From Rhizophagus irregularis (taxonomy: Eukaryota), in assembly GCF_026210795.1 (NCBI RefSeq), contig NC_089429.1, positions 2,728,001-2,792,000 of the forward strand: a stretch of DNA of 64,000 nt, written 5' to 3'. Shown in pieces: positions 54,727 through 64,000 of the stretch. The notes beneath the pieces were generated by a model. It was not told where the DNA came from. It saw only the letters and a list, made by a program, of their open reading frames with translations, and did not search any database. The position numbers were made by a program, and so were the translations under genes. The first letter of the stretch is position 1, and each line of letters begins with the position of its first letter.

Positions 54727-55331
54727 TTTTGTTAATAAATTATATGTTATTATAATTCAAGAACTACGTGAAAAATTTTTTTTTTTGATGGGAGAAAAAA
54801 ATGATATGTTCCCATATGAAATAAAAATGATATATCTTCCATACAAAACAAGTTTTGTGAGAAAAAAAATCATTTTTTCACGAGAAAAGGAGTTTGTCAA
54901 ACAAGATCTGCTACTTTTACGTAATTACTAATAGCTCATTTATTTAATATTTGTATAATTTATAAAATAAAATACGAATACTGACAAAAAGTAAATTTTA
55001 CTTTCAGTTAACAACCAGATCGGCATACTGTACTATTCCGATTAAAGTTTCTAGCACGTTGTTTGTAATTAATTTTGTACTTTTCTTTGTCCCCATTTTT
55101 CCCATTTCACAAAAAATTCATCAGATCTTATCGTTCTCGTGTATTTGCTAAAATCCTTCTTTTTGAAACATGTATTTTCTCACGCATTTTTTCCTATATA
55201 TACAATCCAATTACGTAAAAATTATTTTAAGTTTTCGTAACGTCTAAAACTGTGGTCTGCTTGGAAGGTTTTAGCCTGCCGAGATAGTTTTAATGATAGG
55301 AATAACTTTTAATTTATATAATAGATTCACG

Positions 55332-55968
55332 ATGGTCGGACACCGCTCTCAACGTTCGAAGGAAAAACGAATTGCTCGCATTAAGAGCAAGAGAGGAAGT
55401 GCTCGTCAGGTAGTTGCAGGTGGGTTCCCTCTACATGATATCCTGGGGGCTTAGATTGTTCTAAAGAGGGCTTGTGGACGTTTGTCCTGAAATGATCCTG
55501 TGGACGTCTTTGGATTGTTCTAAAGGTGACTTGTGGACGTCTGTTCTAAAACGAATCTGTGGACGTCTAAGCGGTATCGGTGTCAACCTAAGATGGAGAA
55601 ACCCGCTTGGTCGAGCTGCGCATAGATCAAGTTAACCAATTTTTTTTCCCCCATTAGATTACATAAAGGAATTGGAAAAAAAGGTGCAGGAACTTCAAGA
55701 GCAAGTGAATGGTATGGATCGGGCTTACAGAGATGACCAGAGAGAATTGCTGCGGGTACATAATGAATTAAAAAAGGCAGAGAGGAAGTAAGTAATCAAC
55801 TTTTTTGCTAATAAGTTTCCTTAAATTAATATAATTTTTCACTTTTATTTTATTAGGATTACTTGTTTAGAAGGGGAGGAAAGGGATGAAGAAGGCCAAG
55901 AAAGAAGACAAAGAAGGGGACAGGGACGAGGGAAAAGGGGAAACGTTGTTGTAAGTTGTAAATATTGA
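55332..55968 (+). CDS. Small bZIP-like protein, 3 exons, ~109 aa
   Basis: Exons 55332-55419, 55658-55787, 55857-55968 splice in frame: MVGHRSQRSKEKRIARIKSKRGSARQVVADYIKELEKKVQELQEQVNGMDRAYRDDQRELLRVHNELKKAERKITCLEGEE..RGQGRGKRG..*. Confidence 0.65.
55451..55568. repeat. Intronic ~59-bp duplication with four TGTGGACGT motifs
   Basis: Directly visible. Confidence 0.75.
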
Positions 55969-57179
55969 CGTGCTTGGTAAACTAGTTTTAAGAATGAAGG
56001 ATAAAATCTAGCGCAAAGAGTAGTGACAATACAAAGTGCAATAAAATTACAGGTATTGCGAATAAAATGACTAAAGAGCCAAAAGACAGCGAATAAAATG
56101 ACTAAAAAGCCAAAAGACAGAATGAAAAAAAGAAAGATATAAATGAATGTAAACGAAAATGATGCAGACCTAACCTGACGTTATACATTATATGTTATAC
56201 TGTACGAACCCTGTTGTGATATTAAAGTCAATCGGCAAATATATATACAGTATATATATTTCAAATAAATCTTAATAAAAAAATCAACGTGTAACTGAAT
56301 GATAAATTTTCTTTACCTGAAGATTTTTTTAGGTCTCCCGGTTCGTAAGACGAAAACGTCTAACGTAATGATTCAATTTATGATCGCATTGCACATTGCG
56401 CAAGTTTAATAACCCACCTATTATTTTTTTTTATTTATTTATTATATATCTAATAATTATTTTCACACGAGAAAAAAAAATTTTTTGTCAATCCTAACTG
56501 TTACATTCTGCTACCATCAAAATTGTCATTTTTTTTTTAGTGAGAAAATTTTTTATTTGCGGAAAAAAAAATACCGAATGGGAGAAATGTGGATGTTGCA
56601 CAGAGTTTAATGTGTCATGCTAAGGTGGTGGAACATCATTATTATAACACAATTAAATCTTACGCGTGCACTTCCATTTTTGGTTCATCAAATCCACTTT
56701 GCCATTAAAGTATAAATACACCGCTTCCATTAAAAGATGTAAAGATGTAATTCAATATCGAATTACATATTACGATTAATATGTCCAAACAAAAAAAAAT
56801 CGAATTACATATTACGATTAATATGTCGCAGCAAAAAAGCCATGAAATAGAATTACATATTACGATTAATAAATTTATCAAAAAAAAAATTAAAAATTCA
56901 TTTTTTGGTTTTTCTTTCTCTAATTCTCTTCTTTTTTTAAAAAAATACTGAATTCTTTCTACCACCTTTATCGCAATTTTAAAATATGGACTCTTTAAGA
57001 TCATTAAAAATACCAATTATCCAGCTGCAAAAAAAGTATTTTACCTTATAATTTTGATTCTGGAGAACAACCCGAAACAGAACAGCCTGCAACAGGTTTG
57101 CAAAGTTAATTATTTATTTTGTATCTAATTCTAATAAATCAATTAATATCTACTTCAATTTTGAATCAATATTTCATAA

Positions 57180-59025
57180 TTGGATATATTTAAAGATAAA
57201 CAAGAACCATTGGTCCTAATAATTTCTCCAAGTGTTACAAGTGACGATGGTTCTTTTGGTTCTCCTAGTGTCGGGGTTGGGGTTTCTGAAACTTTTAGTA
57301 ATAATGGCACTAAAAAACCAAATATAAATAATGAATTTGACAATGATGATAGGAATGAAGAACAGGATCATGGTCGAAGGTTAGTTTTAAAATTAATATG
57401 ATTTTATATTTAATATATGTGCGAACACGGTATAACAGTAATATTAAAGTTTATTAAATAGTTATTAATTAACACAATTTTATTTACAAAAAGTAAATTC
57501 CTTTTTTCTTATTTATATTTTATAGATGATCAAGTAAAAGTATTGGATACCAATACTGATGATGCTAACGAAGATTTTTGTAAGTTTCAATTTATATCTT
57601 ATAATCTTAGTAATTTAGAGCAAACAGTAATATTTAAATTTATGTTTATTATTTTCTATTTATTGTAATGTATAAGGTTCAACCCAAAAAAATGATAAAA
57701 AAGAACGAAAATTGGTAAATTTTCGCATTTTTTTTCTTACCTTGTTGATTAACAAAAGAGATACTTACTTTTTGTTATTTTAAATTATATTAGATACCTC
57801 GATGCGTAAAAGGGCTAAACCGGGTATTGTATAATTCACAGAAAGTAAACTCTGAAACTTGAATTTGAAATAATATATATATTTTTCTTTAGACGAAAAA
57901 ATATTATTGGCCATTAATAAGATCGGAGGTCCCACAATAGATTCGTTATTATATTCATTGAGCAAATTGAAAAATACCGGAGTTAAAAGTGTAACAATGA
58001 ACTTGGTTAATAATAATATACGATTTATGGATTCCACAGGAACATTAGTGATAAAGCCAAATCACGTTAACTCCGATGATATAACAATTAATGCCAGTTT
58101 TCCTCATTATGATTATAATCAAGCCTCGGATCTCAGCTTCGAGGCAAATATTATCGAATTAAAGAAATTCAAAGAATTGGATATGGCAAGTATAAGATTG
58201 GCGGAAGATTTGCATAAGCTGCTAGGTTATATTGGTAAATTGCCAAATAATCCACCTATACGTGATAGGTCAATCTTCAGTAAAAAAGAAGAGTATAGAG
58301 AAGCCCTCATTAGTCATTTGGAAAAGATTAATTCAACACAAGATTTTCAATCTTTTCGTGGTACTCAACGTATTAATTTGATTTCTGATGACAATCAAAA
58401 AAGTTGCAGTTCTTTTAAAATTTTACCAATTCGTGTGCAAGAAAAGACTTCATCACTTACTGAATTATCTGATGAATTCAAGAAGATTGCAAAAGATTTA
58501 TCGGAGGATATATTTTTATCCGTAATGGGAGAAGCAAATGAGCAAGGAAATAAAGAAATGGCCAGACGTAAGGAACTAAGGTTTCATGTCGGGTTTTTTA
58601 AGTCATACATACAATTACAGGCTTTTTGTGAGATAAACTTAAACAGAAAACAATCAGAGACGACAAAATCTCAAGCAAAAATATTAATTGCTCAATTTTA
58701 CCCCTTAATTTCTTTACCGAATTTGGAATTGATGCTTCAGCGAGCACCACGTATATACAGGTTACTAGAAGTAGCCAATTTTGATTGGCGACTTTTAGAT
58801 TCTTTCGAAGAATTAAGCGCATGTTTTTTTAAGAGTGGAGTAAAGACGGCAATTAACTTTGAAATATGGATTAATTTGGTCTGTACAGGCAAGCTGATTA
58901 GTTATGACGAAGAATTAAAAACTCAAGAAAGAAATAGGGAAAACAAGAGGATTAAAATTGAAATTATTAAGGAATATTTTGATATTTCAGGGGTTAATTT
59001 TGACGAGATGGTTGGTAATGAGTAG
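57180..59025 (+). CDS. Multi-exon gene of unknown function; 5' end uncertain
   Basis: Microexons near 57527, 57678 and 57794, and a 1.13-kb open terminal exon containing QRAPRIYRLL..RLLDSFEELSA. Confidence 0.65.
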
Positions 59026-59359
59026 GTAGTAAACAGAGAAAAAAAAAATTTTTTTGCAGTCAAATAGTTTTGCATTATAATTAGAATGAATTTATATTAT
59101 AATGATAAAAAATGGACTCGAAAAGCGTTGCAACCTCCAGATTTATAAATTAGCATTATAAGTAATTTAGTAATTTTACATGAATAAAAGGCTAAATAAT
59201 ATGCAATCTTTTATTGTTTGCGCATTCTAACATTTGCTAAATAAACTTGCTATAATTGCTATCGTTTACTATCATAAATAAATAAATAAATAAATCAATT
59301 TGTGGCTTAGCCTATTTTTACATGAAAAAAACTCCGATATGTTATTTATGTATACGTTT

Positions 59360-60190
59360 TTATGTATCTAAAAAATTAAATGTTAATTAATGATCTAGTT
59401 TAAAATTTTAAATTTATAATATTAAACATACCGTCCCATATTTTATTCTCTTTTTCTGCTGTTATTTCAAATTCCTCAAAACCATCATACTCTTCAGAAG
59501 TACCACTTTCTGTCTCTGAATTATCATTATCATAATTATCAATGATCTTAAAAGGTCCATAATCATAATCATCAAGAATTTGATCATCGCTAAAGTAATT
59601 ATTAGGAAAATGTAAGTTATATTTTTTATTATAAATAATCGATCAATTACCTTTTAGATGTATCTTCTAACACTGAAGGAAATGGAACATCAAAGCTTTG
59701 ATTATTACTGTCACTAAAGTCATATTATAACAACAATTAGTAAATTAGTAAAAGTAATTTTTACTTTTAGCAATGACAGTACGATATATTAGCTAATATT
59801 TTAGGAGGTATAATGATAATTTTAATTATTCGTAGATAAAGTAAAAAAATTGACTATGCTGATTTTAAATAAGGGCAATTTTAACAAATAAGGGAAGGTT
59901 TTCACTTTGACAATCTCAATTTAGTGTAGCGAGAGGTCCCTGACAATAGGAGAAATAATGGTAAGACAACAGTAAAACAAAAATTTTAAAAACATTGATG
60001 AAACTTACCGAAAGTTCATCATTCCAAAAATATGTTTTTCTTTCATATTTACCTAAAGTCCATTCCAAAGTCCAGATGTTCTGATTCTAAAAACGAAAAA
60101 ACGTTAGTTATAATATTTTTAATATAAATACATTTACACCTAATTACCTGAAAGGCCGTTCCAAATGGTTTTTTCTTTCAAGTATCTATA
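59360..60190 (-). pseudogene. Multi-exon remnant encoding an acidic protein
   Basis: Phase-compatible GT-AG exons ~59651-59714 and ~59431-59589 (DDQILDDYDYGPFKII..EEYDGFEEFE); upstream exons contain stops. Confidence 0.4.
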
Positions 60191-60689
60191 TAGAAGGAAG
60201 ACATAAAATAGAGTAATAGATTGATTAATATACGTGAAGTATGAGTCTTCAGAAATAAAAATCAGCAAAAACAATGTGTATAAATAAGATAGAACAAGTA
60301 TCGATATGCGCCCAGTCTTAAGCCGCAGGATCCTCTTCAAGAAAATTTTATTTTCTAGAAGAAGAAACCTGAGTCTTGGACGATACCAATCCTATGTATG
60401 CGCTTAGTTTTAAGCTGCATGATTCTCCTTAAGAGAAGAAACCGAAAATAACTTAACAATTAATAAATTAAAATTTAACTATGGGCATAATACTGGTGTA
60501 ATGATGAAAAGATTGATGACATAGTAAATCATGTAAAATTTCTTTTTAGGTCATATTAACGAGGATTTTTTTTCCTTTTTTATGTATTCAACCGCAATAT
60601 GGAGAATCGTGTGAAATTTCTTAATGAACTGCAAATGCTTTTAACTCTCTTTTTTCCTTTTTTTCAACATCCAATTTTATATCGTAAAC

Positions 60690-61919
60690 ATGGATATCTT
60701 GCCAGAAATCGACTTAAGTGAGAACAGAATTACGAATAATACAATTGACAAACTAATCGAAACGCTTAAAACTACCAAGTTCAAGGTTAACCTTATTATA
60801 CAAATTAAGATATATTTTAAATATAAATCTAAAGTTTTTATTTGAATTAGAAATTGAACTCGAGAGTGTCTTCACTAAAAATAACAAACAAGAAACCTTT
60901 GAAATTTTGAGAAAAATATGCGAAGTAATTAAAGAAAGCACAAATTTGGAAGAACTGATAATTAGTAAAAATGCACTAGGAAAAAGCGGTGCAAAGGCGT
61001 TAAAAGTTTTTTTAACTAATAATGTTAATTTAAAGCACTTGATAATCGACGACGCGGGGGTTAGGCGAAGGAGGTACAGTTATATTAGAATCGTTATTGA
61101 ATTCGAGAAGGAAAACTTCTTATTTAGAAACATTTTCAATAAAAGAAAATGTTTTAGGAAAACAGTGTTCCAAACTGCTTTCTATGGTTCTACATAAACA
61201 TAAAATTACACTAACAAAAGTAATTTTGTCTCGAAACAGCTTTTATAACTCAGATCTTTGTCGAATAATAGAGTCTTTAAGTTTGTGTAAGAAGTTACAA
61301 ATTATTAATCTCGAAGATAATTTTTTCACTAAAAAAACATCGAAAATGCTTAGTCGATCTTTGGCTAACTGGCCGGATTTAAAACAACTAATAATTAATG
61401 ATTGTTTGATATGTAAAAAAGGTGTTATATATATTTTAGAGGCATTATTAAAGGGTACCAATAAAAATATTGAATATCTGGGGTTTCAATATTGTAGTAT
61501 TGATGAGAATGGGTTCTATACTTTGGCAAGTATAATTAAAAAAAGTCTAATGTTAAAAGTGGTGGAAATCAATGGGAATTATTCGATTAAAAAAAAATGT
61601 ATGTCAAAGCTAAATTTGGTCTCTAAAAAAAATGGAACCTTGATAAATGGATTTGATGATTTAATTAACGAAGATGATGAGGGAGAAGAAAAGGAGGGAA
61701 AGGAAAAGGAGGGAAAGGAAAAGGAACTGGACGATAATGAGGTAGAGGAAATTCATAATGACATGAAAGGGAAAGGTCGATGATGGAAAGGAGGGAAAGG
61801 AGGAGGAGGGGCTGGACGTAGAGGAAGAGGAAGGAGACTATGATGAAAAGGAGGGAAAGGAGGAGGAGGGGTTGGACGTAGAGGAAGAGGAAGGAGGCCA
61901 TGATAGAAAGGAGGAGTGA
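60690..61919 (+). pseudogene. Divergent RanGAP (Rna1)-like LRR gene with acidic tail; three single-base frameshifts
   Basis: IDLSENRI|LESVFTKN..ISKNALG..DAGLGEGG..NLEDNFFT..LANWPDLKQLIINDCLI..FQYCSI..EINGNY..FDDL + D/E tail; frameshifts near 60858, 61056-61060 (G5) and ~61766. Confidence 0.8.
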
Positions 61920-62194
61920 CTGATGATGAAATCATGAGTTTTATAATAATAATAAGATAGTGCCGTAGTACAGTTGCGATTTTATCGTAAAATTAAAATA
62001 TTTTGTATATATTGTGCCAGCTGGCAACTTAATAAACATCCCATGACTTTAAATTTTAGCTGAAAAGTTAATTGAACGAATAATTTACTTACATTAATTA
62101 TTCTACGTAAAAATCATTCATAATTTTTTATTTATTTTTTTTTTACATTTTATAATATAAAATTATAAATTCAGTCTAATGTGATAAATCGGAT

Positions 62195-63185
62195 ACTATT
62201 ATTAACCAAATTCATTGCTACACTTTTAACTCCAGTTTTTTTCAATTTGCCCAAAGAATAGAATAATGAATCTATAATAGGATCTCCAATATTACTAATA
62301 GCCAATAAACTTTCTTTGTCTAAAGAAAAAAATATATATATATTACTTCAGATTCAAGTTCACAAGTTTTGCTTTCTGTTAATTATACAATACCCGGTTT
62401 AGTCACTTTTTTACATATCGAAGTATTGCCTAATATAATTTAAAATACCAAAAAGTAAATATTACTTTTGTTAATCAACAAAGTAGAAAAAAAATACGAA
62501 ATTTTACCGATTTTCACTCTTTTTTTATCATTTTTTAGGGTTGAGCCTTATATAGAAACAATAAACATAAATTTAGTATTATTGTTTGTTCTAATTATTA
62601 AGATTATAAGACATAATTTGAAACGTACAAAAATCTTCGTTAGTATTATTGGTATCCGATATTTCTAATATTTCTACTTGATCATCTATAAATAAGTAAA
62701 GAAGAATTTTACTTTTTGTAAACAACAAAAGAAATGATGAAAAAGAACTACCATCACTTTCCCTAACATGTTTTTTGTTTGAATTTCCTTCGATATCTCG
62801 CGATGCTTATAATATAAATATGAAAATTGGATTAATAACTTTATAATAATTATACATAACAAAATCTCAATATTACTGCTATACCGTGTTCGCCTATATA
62901 TTAAATATAAAATCATAGTAATTTAAAACTAACCTTCAGAAAGACTTTACCAACCGTGCTATTAAGATTAGAAAGATCGATATTTTTAAAGATAATCCAG
63001 AACCATTTGTCCTAATAATTCCTCCTAGTATTACTGGTGGTGATGGTCCTCCTGGTTCTCCCGGTGGCATTGTTTCTGAAACTTTTAGTAATAATGCACT
63101 AATAAAAAACAAAATAAAAATAATGAAAATAATGAACTCTAACTTGGCATCGAAATCTATAATTATGAAATATTGATTCAAAAAA
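62195..63185 (-). pseudogene. Inverted, truncated paralog of the 57.2-58.0 kb gene segment
   Basis: 62195-62938 is a diverged reverse complement of ~57377-58020 including introns; 63160-63183 matches 57159-57182. Confidence 0.8.
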
Positions 63186-64000
63186 ATTGATATAAAATTC
63201 GATTTATATTGCCACACATTTTATTTTTTGTTTTTTTTTGTTCTCATTTTTTACCTGCACAATTCTTGCATTTGTCTTTAGTTTTTGACATCTTTTTTCA
63301 AAAAATAATTCGTGTCTTTTAAAGAAAGAAAGAAATTTAGTTTATAAAATTAAATAATCTAATTACGTTATTTTATTTAATTTTTTGCCGATCGAAATAT
63401 TCATGTACTCGATCAGAATATTTTAAGGACACATCATCACATACCAGGTCATTTGTGAAACCGATACGAATAGTATATAGTCCTTCCCGGAATATTTTAA
63501 AATATTACAATTCGAAACACTATTTTAAATATCCATTTGTACAATTTCAGTATATTTTAAGAATATTATATTAACATACCTAAATTACTGATAAATTACT
63601 TTTAAGGATATTTTCCATATCTAATCAGAATATTTTAAAATACCAGTCAATATTACATTTAAAAATTAAGTATATTTTTCGTATAATTTAAACTTATTTA
63701 TTATTATAGAACACTATTTTAAATATACTGTTCGTACAAATTTCAGTATATTTTAAGAATATTATTACTATATAAGGATATTTTAACCATAAAACTAGTA
63801 CAGTTTAAGGATGTAGACTTTTTATAGGGCTAATTGATATTTAGAAAAAGAAAAATTAAAGAAAGTATTATAAAATAATAAAATTAGCAACAAACAGATA
63901 TGTTAGTAGAAAATTCAGTATAAATTTGTGGAGCCAAAAACGTTAATTATTGAAATTAATAAAAAATTGGTAGTTTGTAAAAGTTAGTATACGAATTTGT

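Larger units (their letters stand above)
46570..64000. mobile_element. Putative large (>=17.4 kb) CACTA/CMC-type element with cargo; right end inferred beyond the window
   Basis: Abrupt junction TA|CCCAGTAAG followed by (AAAATATACTG)n; the inverted motif TTCAGTATATTTT clusters at 63546, 63742 and 63914; Tnp2 transposase inside. Confidence 0.55.

Noticed and set aside
61665..61935. Pro-rich minus-strand ORFs
   Set aside because: Antisense of the purine-rich acidic tail of the RanGAP-like gene.
46570..64000. Starship element
   Set aside because: No tyrosine-recombinase captain recognised; the mobiliser present is a DDE Tnp2 transposase.
1..64000. tRNA or rRNA genes
   Set aside because: No convincing cloverleaf or rRNA-like segment was seen by eye; tRNAscan-SE or Infernal would be needed to exclude them.

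Overview
Very AT-rich eukaryotic DNA with many short GT-AG introns. Gene families and repeat types point to an arbuscular mycorrhizal fungus (Glomeromycotina, Rhizophagus-like); this is inferred, not database-confirmed. 0-4.5 kb is a nest of MITEs plus a LINE fragment. 5.9-35.4 kb is a host-gene block: MCD4/PIGN, FMC1 head-to-head with an ICT1/PTH4-like gene, a GPI-anchored chitin deacetylase, BTB, F-box/LRR, arrestin, chromate transporter, HSP20, a MULE-SWIM remnant and a CYP450. 36-46.5 kb is a TE graveyard containing a RAG1/Transib-like DDE transposase pseudogene split by nested insertions. 46.57 kb to the window end looks like one >=17 kb CACTA/CMC-type element. It holds a Tnp2 transposase and an accessory gene, plus cargo: two unannotated bZIP-like microgenes, an unknown gene with an inverted paralog, and a divergent RanGAP (Rna1) paralog whose conserved surface motifs are replaced. 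A ~105-bp quasi-palindromic cassette recurs about 17 times inside MITEs of unrelated superfamilies. All alignments were done by eye.
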